A stretch of DNA of 64,000 nucleotides, from contig JBAXIL010000001.1 in assembly GCA_037138355.1 (NCBI GenBank), positions 27,039 to 91,038 on the forward strand, read 5' to 3'. Within the stretch, counting starts at the first letter, position 1; every line of letters begins with the position of its first letter. Below the pieces are notes generated by a model that worked only from the letters and a program-made list of their open reading frames with translations, searched no databases and was not told where the DNA came from. The position numbers and the translations under genes are program-made. Positions 1 to 9,218 of the stretch are shown here, piece after piece. The stretch is from a bacterium (lineage in GTDB: Bacteria; Oederibacteriota; PGYV01; Palsa-1178).

Positions 1-917
1 GCGCATATCCTTACGCATATATATTCATAGATATCAATCCTGCTTTAGTAGATGTTAATGTACACCCGACTAAAGCTGAAGTAAAGTTTAAGGATGAAAG
101 ATTTGTTTATAATTGTGTGCGTTTAGCAATTGATGCAGCTTTGAAAAAAAACGAATTGACTCCAGCGGCATATTTTGGAACAGGCATAGATGGTCCTACT
201 GCTACAGACATAAAAGATGGAGCACAGCAAGCCATCAATGGATTCTTTGCAAATGAATCATCAAGATTATTTAATAATACGCAAGTTGAATACACAAAAA
301 GCGGTATTGAGGCTCACACAAAATCTCAAACAAGAGCTTATTTGTGGTTAAGAGCTTTAGGACAAGTACATAAAACATATATTGTTGGTGAAGATGATAA
401 TAATCTTGTTGTGATTGATCAACATGCGGCTCATGAAAAAGTACTTTATGAAAAGATAATGGATGATATCGAAAAAAACAGCTTAAAAGTTCAAGAACTG
501 CTTATTCCTGAAATTATTGAAGTCGCACCTCCTGAAAAAAGAGTAATTATGTCAAACATAGGAGTTTTTTCAAGACTTGGATTTTTTCTGGAAGAGTTTG
601 GAGAAAGAGATTACAAAATTTCAGCACATCCAGTCATAATAAGAAATAAGGCCGCAGCGCCATTTGTAAAAGAAATAATAGGAACATTAATGGATAAAGA
701 TAAAGCCAACGAACATGATATATTAAAACATCTCTGTGCCACTATGGCATGTAGGGCTGCTGTAAAAGCAGGCGATATACTAAATGATGCAGAAATAACG
801 GAGCTGCTTAATAATTATGTAGAGTTAAAAGATCCACATTCCTGCCCACATGGTCGACCGCCAATAATAAAAATACCATTTGATGAAATTGAAAAAATGT
901 TTAAGAGAAAATTATAA
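1..917 (+). CDS. mutL: DNA mismatch repair endonuclease MutL, 5'-truncated by the window edge
   Basis: Frame is open from base 3 (AYPYAYIFIDINPALVDVNVHPTKAEVKF, the MutL DVNVHPxK motif); C-terminal endonuclease motifs DQHAAHEKVLYE, MACR and CPHGRP. Confidence 0.97.
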   Translation, partial: AYPYAYIFIDINPALVDVNVHPTKAEVKFKDERFVYNCVRLAIDAALKKNELTPAAYFGTGIDGPTATDIKDGAQQAINGFFANESSRLFNNTQVEYTKSGIEAHTKSQTRAYLWLRALGQVHKTYIVGEDDNNLVVIDQHAAHEKVLYEKIMDDIEKNSLKVQELLIPEIIEVAPPEKRVIMSNIGVFSRLGFFLEEFGERDYKISAHPVIIRNKAAAPFVKEIIGTLMDKDKANEHDILKHLCATMACRAAVKAGDILNDAEITELLNNYVELKDPHSCPHGRPPIIKIPFDEIEKMFKRKL

Positions 918-974
918 ATTAGAATTAAATTATTATTAATTTTTGTTCTTGGGAAAAAACATTAGGAGCGTAGA

Positions 975-1883
975 ATGTATATTATTGTAACTGGAGCCAC
1001 TGGTACTGGCAAGTCTGCTGTGGCTGTTGAACTGGCAAAGAAAATTAATGGTGAAATAATATCTGCTGATTCCATGCAGGTGTATGTGGGTATGGATATA
1101 GGCACATATAAGATATCCAAGGAAGACACGCAAGGGATAAGCCATCATTTATTAGATGTGGTAAATCCTTGGGAAAAGTTCTCAGTAGCACAGTTTAAAA
1201 TTTTGGCGGAAAAGGCATTAAATCACATAAAAGGAAAAGGCAAAATACCTATAGTTGTTGGTGGTACGGGCTTGTTTATAAACTCGCTTACGCGTGGGAT
1301 ATTGACTTCTAAAGAGCCTTCTAATGAACTAAAAAGTCTTTTGAGAGTTGAACTTGAGGAAAATGGTCTTGAGGCACTTGTCAATTTATTGAATAAAAAA
1401 GACCCCGAGGCAGCATCGTTAATTGATATTAATAATAGTCGGAGAGTACTTAGGGCACTTGAACTTATAGAAACTAATAAAATGAGTTTAAGCGAATTAA
1501 GAAAAACAACAGAGAAAAACCGGTATAAAGATGATTATAAATTATTTGTTTTGGAAACTGGCAGGGAATATATGTATTCAAGACTTGATAAAAGAGTTGA
1601 TGAAATGATAAAAAGCGGATTGTTAAATGAAGTAAAAGTCCTTATGAGTAAAATCAATGCATTAAGCATGACAAGTATGCAAGCCATAGGATATAAGGAA
1701 ACCACGGAGTTTTTAAATGGAAATATAAATATGAATCAAATGATAATAAATATAAAACAGGCCACTCGAAATTATGCAAAAAGACAGCTTACTTGGTTCA
1801 AAAAATATGAGGAAGCAATAAGAATTAATATGGAACGCATAACCCCTGTAGAAGCAGCAAAGGAAATTCAGGATAAGTTGTAG
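975..1883 (+). CDS. miaA: tRNA dimethylallyltransferase
   Basis: GATGTGKS P-loop, ISADSMQVY, VVGGTGL, QAIGYKE, TRNYAKRQLTWF; mutL-miaA synteny; AGGAG SD. Confidence 0.97.
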   Translation: MYIIVTGATGTGKSAVAVELAKKINGEIISADSMQVYVGMDIGTYKISKEDTQGISHHLLDVVNPWEKFSVAQFKILAEKALNHIKGKGKIPIVVGGTGLFINSLTRGILTSKEPSNELKSLLRVELEENGLEALVNLLNKKDPEAASLIDINNSRRVLRALELIETNKMSLSELRKTTEKNRYKDDYKLFVLETGREYMYSRLDKRVDEMIKSGLLNEVKVLMSKINALSMTSMQAIGYKETTEFLNGNINMNQMIINIKQATRNYAKRQLTWFKKYEEAIRINMERITPVEAAKEIQDKL

Positions 1884-1891
1884 TACTATAT

Positions 1892-2075
1892 GAGTATGGA
1901 ATAATCCAATAAAGGCAGTACTGAGTGCAATATTTAGCATTATTCAGTTAATTAATTAGCATAGTTCGATTCATTAATAGAGTCAATCACAGAACAAAAC
2001 AGTGAAATCGGGTTGCAGATAAGACATATTGAACTTATCTTATTTGATTGTTTTTTATTGGTTTTATCCATATTT
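1892..2075 (+). ncRNA. Candidate structured intergenic RNA of about 185 nt (6S-sized) or a small inverted-repeat element; unverified
   Basis: Ends pair in register (TATGGA 1895-1900/TCCATA 2067-2072; CCAATAAA 1906-1913/TTTATTGG 2054-2061) and enclose three internal hairpins; mismatches are mostly G-U on +. Confidence 0.35.
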
Positions 2076-2094
2076 AAAAGCTATTAAAATGTAA

Positions 2095-2123
2095 TTGACA
2101 TAAAGAATTTATTATGTTAAATT
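2095..2123 (+). promoter_or_regulatory. sigma70-type promoter for the barrel/flagellar rod operon
   Basis: TTGACA (2095-2100), 17 bp, TAAATT (2118-2123) with extended -10 TGn. Confidence 0.7.
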
Positions 2124-2196
2124 TACTCACTTGCAAAGAATCTATTGTTGCAACAGGTTTTTATATATTGGAACATTATATGCATCGGAGGATACT

Positions 2197-4308
2197 GTGC
2201 GTAAGAGCATATTTCTGTTTTTGTCTTTATTTATTTTGGTTTTAGGTGCTAATTCTTTAATTTTTTCTGACGATTATTCTGATACTCGTCTTATTACTTG
2301 GGAAAAAGTTAATGAGCCTTTCTTTAATAAATGGAATCCTTATGGAGTAGGCGCGAGAGCAATGGGAATGGGCGAAGCTTTTTCTGCAATTGCGGACGAT
2401 GCTTCAGCCGTATATTACAATCCTGCTGGATTGGCACAAATGGATCACAATGAATTATCATGGACGGGTGGAAGTGATTATAGCTCTGCTCCATACACAA
2501 ATTTCGCAACATTTGATATGGCTTTAGGTGGACAATATTTTGCTTTGTCTTATTTAAAACTTTATCATCCTATTGGAAGATATCCAGACAAAATAGTAAT
2601 TCCAGCACCAGGTGTTGGACCTGTTCCAGGTAATTTATATTCGACACAACCTTTATTTATTCCAAGTGGACTATACGAAAATTGGTTTGGTTCTTTACAA
2701 GCATCACAACAAGATTTACTTGCTAAGATGTACAGAGCATATATCAATCTTCCTTTTCAAGAAAATCAGGTAGCTTTAACTTATGCCACATCTCTTACAA
2801 GTGACAAAAGTTTTGATTTTGGAATAAATGTAAAATATCAATATACTGATGCAGCGGCAGCAAAGGTTCTTGGTTCAGCATATGATGCTTGGGCTTGGTC
2901 AATTGATTTAGGTTTTCTTTATAAAATCCGTTTGATTGAATTCCTTAAAGATTTTAACATAGGTATCATGCTTCGCGATATTTCTGGTAGGGCAAAATAT
3001 TTTAATACAGGTGTAGAAAAACCTTTGTATTTCACATCCACAGTGGCTCTTTCTATGAGAACAACAGAATTAATAGAGAATGAAATAACAAGTTTGTCTG
3101 TTGACTGGGACGCTGTTAATGATGCTGGCGTTTTTGTTAATGAAGCAAACAGATTGAAATTTGGTTTTGAACAGTGGTTTATTGATGGTCATTTTGCTGT
3201 ACGCAGCGGACTTGTGTTTCCTATGAACCAGCAGCCATGGAGAATGTCTTTTGGAGTTTCCGCAAGATATTTGCTTGGCATAGATTACGCTTATGTACGG
3301 GGAATACCTTTTGATGCTAAAGCAGAAAATGAAGGTGATAGTCACTGGTTGACTCTATACTGGATGTGGGGAAAAGTTGCAAGAAAAATGCCTATGCCAG
3401 ATGTTTTTGCAGCAGTAGAGCCAATATCATTCTCCCCAAGAAATGGCGAAACCGCAATTTTTAAAGTTAATGCGACATCAAAGGCAGGTATAGATAGATG
3501 GGCTTTGAGTATTCTTGATAAAAATAATAATTTAGTAAAAACTTATGTTGATATAGGAAATCCACCATCACAGATAGTGTGGAATGGTTCAGATAATAAA
3601 TATCTACTTTTACCAGATGGTGAATATACTTTTATATTTGAAGCTACTGATAAGCTTGGCAGTACTTCATCAACACCTGTGCAGACAGTTAAAATTTACA
3701 CTCCTGTTATAGAAGGAGTAAGTCCTGAAGCGTTAAATAAATTAAGACAATTATTAAATCAATCAAAAGACAGAGATGTTGCAGAAGATATTGGAGAATT
3801 GAATTCAGCGAAAAAAGGAGTAGATGATCTTAAAAAAGCAAAGGCAAAACCTACTCCTCAAGAACCCCCATTACCAGCAGCGGGTTATAATACGCTTCCG
3901 GTAATTGCGGGAACACCAGGAGTATTAGGAAATGGATTAACTGGAACGGCATCCCCAATAGATATTGTAGGATTTCCAAATATAGATTCTGGCGCGATTA
4001 GGTCGGCATATATATCCACAGGCGCAGATGGCGATAGACAATTTAATATGGATTATGTAACTACTAATACTTTACCTAAGTATGTAATTAAAGAAATGAG
4101 TCTTATGGTAAAATCAATTGCAGAAAGTTTAGGATATTCCGTAGATAGGATAGGAATCAACGCCATTTATGGCGGTAATAATAATATGAACTTATCAGTT
4201 CCGATTGCGCAGGCGGAAAACTACCAGAGAGGTACAATCTCAGTAGACCAAATGTTAAGGGGCGCAAGTATTAATCTGAACGGTGAGATCATATATCCCA
4301 ATTTTTAG
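2197..4308 (+). CDS. PorV/UPF0164 (FadL-like) outer-membrane beta-barrel fused to a FlgD-Ig-like domain and an unknown C-terminal domain
   Basis: GTG at 2197 follows GGAGG and gives a signal peptide (preferred over the ORF-track TTG 2131). GVGARAMGMGEAFSAIADDASAVYYNPAGL motif, amphipathic strands ending SHWLTLYWMWG, then FSPRNG...IVWNGSDNKYLLLPDGEYTF (FlgD-Ig/CHU_C-like). Confidence 0.75.
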   Translation: MRKSIFLFLSLFILVLGANSLIFSDDYSDTRLITWEKVNEPFFNKWNPYGVGARAMGMGEAFSAIADDASAVYYNPAGLAQMDHNELSWTGGSDYSSAPYTNFATFDMALGGQYFALSYLKLYHPIGRYPDKIVIPAPGVGPVPGNLYSTQPLFIPSGLYENWFGSLQASQQDLLAKMYRAYINLPFQENQVALTYATSLTSDKSFDFGINVKYQYTDAAAAKVLGSAYDAWAWSIDLGFLYKIRLIEFLKDFNIGIMLRDISGRAKYFNTGVEKPLYFTSTVALSMRTTELIENEITSLSVDWDAVNDAGVFVNEANRLKFGFEQWFIDGHFAVRSGLVFPMNQQPWRMSFGVSARYLLGIDYAYVRGIPFDAKAENEGDSHWLTLYWMWGKVARKMPMPDVFAAVEPISFSPRNGETAIFKVNATSKAGIDRWALSILDKNNNLVKTYVDIGNPPSQIVWNGSDNKYLLLPDGEYTFIFEATDKLGSTSSTPVQTVKIYTPVIEGVSPEALNKLRQLLNQSKDRDVAEDIGELNSAKKGVDDLKKAKAKPTPQEPPLPAAGYNTLPVIAGTPGVLGNGLTGTASPIDIVGFPNIDSGAIRSAYISTGADGDRQFNMDYVTTNTLPKYVIKEMSLMVKSIAESLGYSVDRIGINAIYGGNNNMNLSVPIAQAENYQRGTISVDQMLRGASINLNGEIIYPNF

Positions 4309-4317
4309 GAGCGAGCC

Positions 4318-5937
4318 ATGAAGAAAAAGTCATTTGTATTGTCTTTGCTTTTTGTGTTAATTGCAACATTTGCTTTTGGTGGAGCTTTTGATAAGGGTGG
4401 AGTTTTAGGTATAGGTGGTAGAGCTACTGGCATGGGAAATGCCTTTGGTGCTGTCGCTGATGACGGAAGTGCTGTATACTGGAATGCGGCGGGATTGACA
4501 CAAATGAACAGGCCCGAATTATATATATTTTTAGGACCTTTATTAAACGGAAAAGAGTGGTATTCTTTCTTATCATTTGGTTCGCCTTTCTTTGAGGATA
4601 CAGCTTGGCAGTTATCTGTAATGTCTCTTATTCATAGTGATACGAGTAATACAAAAGAGTTCACTGTAGTTGGGAGCTTTGCTTCAAACCTCAATCTTGA
4701 AAGAACTTTTTCTGTGGGTATTAATATAAAATATCTTAATTATATTTCCACAGCTCAATTCACGACAACTGATGGCGTTAATCTTCAGGGAATTGCACAT
4801 GGTTTAGGACTTGACCTTGGAGTTCTATATCAAATACCACTTCCACAATTGGGTAAGAAACTTAACTTTGGATTATTCATACAGGATATAGATACTAATA
4901 TTGATTGGTCAAATGGAACAAGCCAAGAACAAATTCCTACAGTGTTTAAAATTGCATCGGCATATTATCTTGATGACAATCTTGTTATTACAGCTGATTA
5001 TGACTTTTTTAAGGATTTAAATATAAGTGGTATTCCACTCTCAACTCCAATATATGATTCTGCTTCTGGTGTCACAATCACAGCTTTAGTGCCACAGGAA
5101 GATAGACTTCATGTTGGTTTGGAAAGTTGGTTTTTTAAAAGACATTTAGGACTTCGTGGTGGTTATACAACTTTTGCAACAATGCCAGGAAGGTTTACAG
5201 GCGGCGTATCTTACCGTGAAGATGCATGGCAAGTTGATTATGCCTATATAGGTCACGCTGAGCATCTTGGAGATTCACACAGATTGTCTGTTGCTTTAAG
5301 ATTTGGCCAGCCAAAAGAACAGATAAGAGCGATTACTGTAGTAGCTCCTCCAAAAACATTGGAAGCATATGCAGCAAATGCTTCAGCAAACTTGACATGG
5401 GAAATAAATACAGATCCAAATATAACTGGTTATGCAGTATACATGAGCAAATCACCAGGAGCAAGATACATACCAATAGCTAAAAGAATAAAAGAAAATT
5501 ATGTAACCATAGATGGACTTCAGAACGGTACCAGATATTATTTTGTAGTTGCTTCTATTAACAATACTTATCCTTCGGTTGAGAGTGCTTATTCAAACGA
5601 AACTTCAGCTGTCCCAGCACCTGTTGTTCCTGGGGTTCCTGAAATATTCCCAATTTCTAAAGTCGCTAAAGTACAAAATAATGGAGTTGTAGATATTGCT
5701 TGGGGTAATATGCCAAATGATAGAATGGCTGGATACAATATCTATATAACAGAAACACCGGGAACTGGTTATAATAAATTAAATGCAGTTCCAGTAAAAG
5801 ATGTTCATTATTTAGTGAGTGGCCTGGAAGTTGGAAAGAAGTATTATTTTGTAATGACATCTGTTACAAATGATACACCTCCAGTAGAATCGAAATTTAC
5901 TAAAGAGTTTAGCTATATAGCAAAACCTGGAAAATAG
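4318..5937 (+). CDS. PorV/UPF0164-like outer-membrane beta-barrel with two C-terminal fibronectin type III domains
   Basis: Signal peptide ending AFG; GIGGRATGMGNAFGAVADDGSAVYWNAAGL; last strand LGDSHRLSVALRFG; two Fn3 repeats (LTW...GYAVY...GLQNGTRYYFVV and IAW...GYNIY...GLEVGKKYYFVM). Confidence 0.78.
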   Translation: MKKKSFVLSLLFVLIATFAFGGAFDKGGVLGIGGRATGMGNAFGAVADDGSAVYWNAAGLTQMNRPELYIFLGPLLNGKEWYSFLSFGSPFFEDTAWQLSVMSLIHSDTSNTKEFTVVGSFASNLNLERTFSVGINIKYLNYISTAQFTTTDGVNLQGIAHGLGLDLGVLYQIPLPQLGKKLNFGLFIQDIDTNIDWSNGTSQEQIPTVFKIASAYYLDDNLVITADYDFFKDLNISGIPLSTPIYDSASGVTITALVPQEDRLHVGLESWFFKRHLGLRGGYTTFATMPGRFTGGVSYREDAWQVDYAYIGHAEHLGDSHRLSVALRFGQPKEQIRAITVVAPPKTLEAYAANASANLTWEINTDPNITGYAVYMSKSPGARYIPIAKRIKENYVTIDGLQNGTRYYFVVASINNTYPSVESAYSNETSAVPAPVVPGVPEIFPISKVAKVQNNGVVDIAWGNMPNDRMAGYNIYITETPGTGYNKLNAVPVKDVHYLVSGLEVGKKYYFVMTSVTNDTPPVESKFTKEFSYIAKPGK

Positions 5938-5984
5938 TTTTTGGAGAAATGAGAAATATTCATAAGAACAAAAGGAGCAAATAA

Positions 5985-6782
5985 ATGATAAGCGGTTTAT
6001 ACACAGCAGCATCGGGCTTGATCGCCCAGACACAGCAACAGGATGTTATAGCAAACAACCTGGCCAATGTGAATACCACAGGTTACAAAAAAGATACCGC
6101 TTTATATGTTCCGTTTCCAACTGTTTTTCTGAATAGAATTAATGATGATAAAACTCCAGTTCCAGGAGGTATGGCAGATGCTATGCCGCCTATAGGTTAT
6201 ATGGGTAGAGGAGTGGAATTGCGTGTGGATGGAGTAAGACCGCAAACAACAGAAGAAGGTTCTTATGTTGAGACCACCAATAATCTTGATTTGTCTATTA
6301 AAGGAAATGGTATGTTTGTTGTCATGACACCTAATGGAGAGCGTTACACAAGAAATGGTAATTTCACGCTCGATTCAAATGGCGTATTAGTAACACAACA
6401 AGGGAATCCAGTTATGGGGCAAGCAGGAAAAATTTCATTAAATAATAACAATATACATATTGATGAGGGTGGCAGGGTATTTGAAGATAAATCAGAGATT
6501 GATACTTTGCGTATTGCCATGTTTTCGAAAGATGATAATTTGAGGAAGGAAGGCGATAGCCTTTTTTATAAACTTGATGGGGTACCTTTAACTGAAGATC
6601 ATTATGTGGACCAAGTTCAAGTTAAGCAGGGTTATTTAGAAACTTCCAATGTAAATGTAGTAAAGGAAATGGTAGAAATGATTACTGCATACAGAGCATA
6701 CGAGGCTTCTGCAAAAGCAATTCAGTCACAAGATCAGACACTCGGTAAAGCAGTAAATGATTTAGGAACTATTTCAATATAA
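5985..6782 (+). CDS. flgF: Flagellar basal-body rod protein FlgF
   Basis: GLYTAASG...IANNLANVNTTGYK, YTRNGNF, QGYLETSNVNVVKEMVEMI; lies directly before flgG. Confidence 0.88.
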   Translation: MISGLYTAASGLIAQTQQQDVIANNLANVNTTGYKKDTALYVPFPTVFLNRINDDKTPVPGGMADAMPPIGYMGRGVELRVDGVRPQTTEEGSYVETTNNLDLSIKGNGMFVVMTPNGERYTRNGNFTLDSNGVLVTQQGNPVMGQAGKISLNNNNIHIDEGGRVFEDKSEIDTLRIAMFSKDDNLRKEGDSLFYKLDGVPLTEDHYVDQVQVKQGYLETSNVNVVKEMVEMITAYRAYEASAKAIQSQDQTLGKAVNDLGTISI

Positions 6783-6803
6783 AATTTTTTAGGAGGCAAT
6801 AAA

Positions 6804-7595
6804 ATGTTAAGATCACTCTGGACGGCAGCAACAGGTATGGCGGCACAGCAGTATAATATAGATACTATTTCAAATAACCTTGCAAACGTGAATACTACTG
6901 CTTTTAAAAAGAGTCGTGCAGAGTTTCAGGATCTTCTTTATCAGACTATTAGACCTGCAGGTATGACTAATAATATGGGTACGCAGTATCCTACGCCAAT
7001 TGAAATAGGACATGGTACAAAGATATCATCTACACAGAAATCATTTATACAAGGTAATCTTGTGCAGACGGATAATCCGCTTGACCTTTCTATTCAAGGT
7101 GCTGGATTTTTTATGATTCAGAATCCAAATGGAGAAGTGGCTTATACCAGAGATGGTTCTTTTAAAGTTGATGGCTCTGGAAATTTAGTTACTTCAAATG
7201 GATATTCAATGATGCCGGAAGTTGCATTGCCTACTGATACAAGTGCTGTTGTAATTAGAGAAAATGGCGATATAGTAGTAACAGTTTCTGGACAGACAGA
7301 GGGACAGACAATTGGACAAATAAAACTTGCAAACTTTATTAATCCTGCTGGATTGGAAAGTCTTGGAGGAAATCTTTATAAAGAAACAGAAGCATCAGGT
7401 GGACCTGTTGAAGGAGTTCCAGGAATTAGTGGTTTTGGTGCACTTACACAGGGTCAGCTTGAGGCTTCAAATGTAAAAGTTGTTGAAGAAATGGTAAACT
7501 TGATTACTTCACAGCGTGCTTATGAGATAAATGCAAAAGCAATTACTACTTCAGATCAGATGTTAAGCACCGCTAATAACTTAAAGAGCAGTTAA
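6804..7595 (+). CDS. flgG: Flagellar basal-body distal rod protein FlgG
   Basis: MLRSLWTAATGM, NNLANVNTTAFKKSRAEFQDLLYQ, YTRDGSF, LEASNVKVVEEMVNLITSQRAYE. Confidence 0.96.
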   Translation: MLRSLWTAATGMAAQQYNIDTISNNLANVNTTAFKKSRAEFQDLLYQTIRPAGMTNNMGTQYPTPIEIGHGTKISSTQKSFIQGNLVQTDNPLDLSIQGAGFFMIQNPNGEVAYTRDGSFKVDGSGNLVTSNGYSMMPEVALPTDTSAVVIRENGDIVVTVSGQTEGQTIGQIKLANFINPAGLESLGGNLYKETEASGGPVEGVPGISGFGALTQGQLEASNVKVVEEMVNLITSQRAYEINAKAITTSDQMLSTANNLKSS

Positions 7596-7608
7596 TAGAT
7601 AATCATAA

Positions 7609-8559
7609 ATGAAATTTAAAATATTTGCTGTTTTGTTTTTTGTCTTTCTGGCAGTTGGACTTGTTGCGGAAGGACCAGAAGTTGTTCTTAAAAGCAACGA
7701 CATATATATTGCAAGTGATAAAATATATCTTGGAGATATAGTTGACTTTTCAAGCATAGCACCTAAAGATTTGGAAAAGTTGCAGACTCTTTATGTTAAA
7801 AGAGCAGCAGTTCCAGGTTTTAAAGTGGTCGTTGAAAAGGAAACAGTGCAAAATATAGTTGCAAAGGCATTTCCTTATATAGCGGTATCAGGTTTGAATT
7901 ATGTAAATGTTTACACATCTAAGGGATCGGTAAGCAGAGATGAAGTTGAAAATAAAGCAAAAGAATATGTATTAAAAAATATGCCTTGGCAGTTTGAGGC
8001 GGCTGAAGTTGCAGTTAAGCATGTTAAAGGTTCTGTAGCAGTAATAGATGGAATTGTTCTTTTAAAAGTTAAAGAAGATGGAAAGTTTAATTACAAGGGT
8101 AATCTTATAGTACCTGTAGAAATAGATGTGGATGGAAAGTTCTATAAGATAGAACCAGTAGCCATGCTTATTAAAGTTAATGCTCCTTGTGCTGTGGCCC
8201 AAAATAATATTAGCAGACACTCTGGTTTGTTGATGGACAATATAATTATGGAAACGAAAGATATAACTTTTCTACCTGAAGCTATCATAACGGACATAGC
8301 ATTTTTTAATAATAAGGTACCACTTAGAAACATAATGAAAGGTACCATAGTTACTTCTGATATGTTTGAGAGTTTACCTTTGTTTAGAAGAGGTTCATTG
8401 GTTGATGTGGTTGTAAAGATTGGTACAATACAAGTGAAGTCTGAAGGTTCGGCACTTTCTGATGGAAGAGAAGGTGATTTAGTGAAGGTGAAGTTAGTTA
8501 CTGGTAAAACAGTAGAGGGTAAAGCGGACGCAACTGGTCGAGTAATAATAGTAAAATAA
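7609..8559 (+). CDS. flgA: Flagellar P-ring assembly chaperone FlgA
   Basis: Signal peptide, IYLGDI motif, SAF-like domain, C-terminal GSALSDGREGDLVKVK; position between flgG and flgH. Confidence 0.88.
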   Translation: MKFKIFAVLFFVFLAVGLVAEGPEVVLKSNDIYIASDKIYLGDIVDFSSIAPKDLEKLQTLYVKRAAVPGFKVVVEKETVQNIVAKAFPYIAVSGLNYVNVYTSKGSVSRDEVENKAKEYVLKNMPWQFEAAEVAVKHVKGSVAVIDGIVLLKVKEDGKFNYKGNLIVPVEIDVDGKFYKIEPVAMLIKVNAPCAVAQNNISRHSGLLMDNIIMETKDITFLPEAIITDIAFFNNKVPLRNIMKGTIVTSDMFESLPLFRRGSLVDVVVKIGTIQVKSEGSALSDGREGDLVKVKLVTGKTVEGKADATGRVIIVK

Positions 8560-8584
8560 AAATATATATTAAGGAGATAATCTG

Positions 8585-9205
8585 ATGAATAAGAAAGGAT
8601 TTCTGACGGCTTTTGCCGCGATTTTCCTTATTGCTTTTTATTCGGGAGTTCTTTTTGCGGATGAAATAATGAAAAATGAGGCTGATATTGAGTCTGTTTA
8701 TACCGATCACAAAGCATATAAAGTTGGAGATATAGTAACTATAATAATTGTTGAATCTACTCAAGGTTCTCAAAGTGCTTCACTTTCTACTTCTAAACAG
8801 CAGAAGCTTCAGGCTGGAATGGGAACTGCCACATCGTGGGGCGGAGGCTTAAGCACCAGTCTACCTGTTTCTTCATGGGGAGCAGGCGGCGCGGAATATC
8901 AAGATGGTGGTGGAAAGTCAATAAGATCAGGCTCTTTGCTGGCAAAACTTTCTGCAAGAGTTGAGAAGGTACTCACAAATGGAAATCTTGTTATTAAAGG
9001 TACTAAAATAATACTTGTAAATGATGATAAACAGAATCTTATGATTAAGGGTGTAATAAGAGCAGAAGATATAAGTTCTGATAATACTATAATGTCTACT
9101 AATGTTGCTGATGCTACAATTGAATACGAAGGAAATGGTCCAATTGGTGAGAAAACTTCACCGGGAATTTTAACCAGGATACTTGATTGGCTCGGCATAT
9201 TCTAA
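8585..9205 (+). CDS. flgH: Flagellar L-ring protein FlgH (no lipobox Cys)
   Basis: DHKAYKVGDIVTIIIVE, VLTNGNLVIKG, GVIRAEDISSDNTI, VADATIEYEG. Confidence 0.93.
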   Translation: MNKKGFLTAFAAIFLIAFYSGVLFADEIMKNEADIESVYTDHKAYKVGDIVTIIIVESTQGSQSASLSTSKQQKLQAGMGTATSWGGGLSTSLPVSSWGAGGAEYQDGGGKSIRSGSLLAKLSARVEKVLTNGNLVIKGTKIILVNDDKQNLMIKGVIRAEDISSDNTIMSTNVADATIEYEGNGPIGEKTSPGILTRILDWLGIF

Positions 9206-9218
9206 AGAGGTGAAATTA

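Noticed and set aside
1952..2071. 39-codon minus-strand ORF (MDKTNKKQ...CLIC...) inside the folded intergenic element
   Set aside because: No SD and no recognisable family; G-U pairing favours a + strand RNA reading.
2131..2196. ORF-track upstream starts at 2131, and likewise 9183, 14034, 19563, 43715, 49224 and 58372
   Set aside because: Downstream starts have better SD or leaderless geometry and family-typical N-termini; two of these TTGs are -35 boxes.
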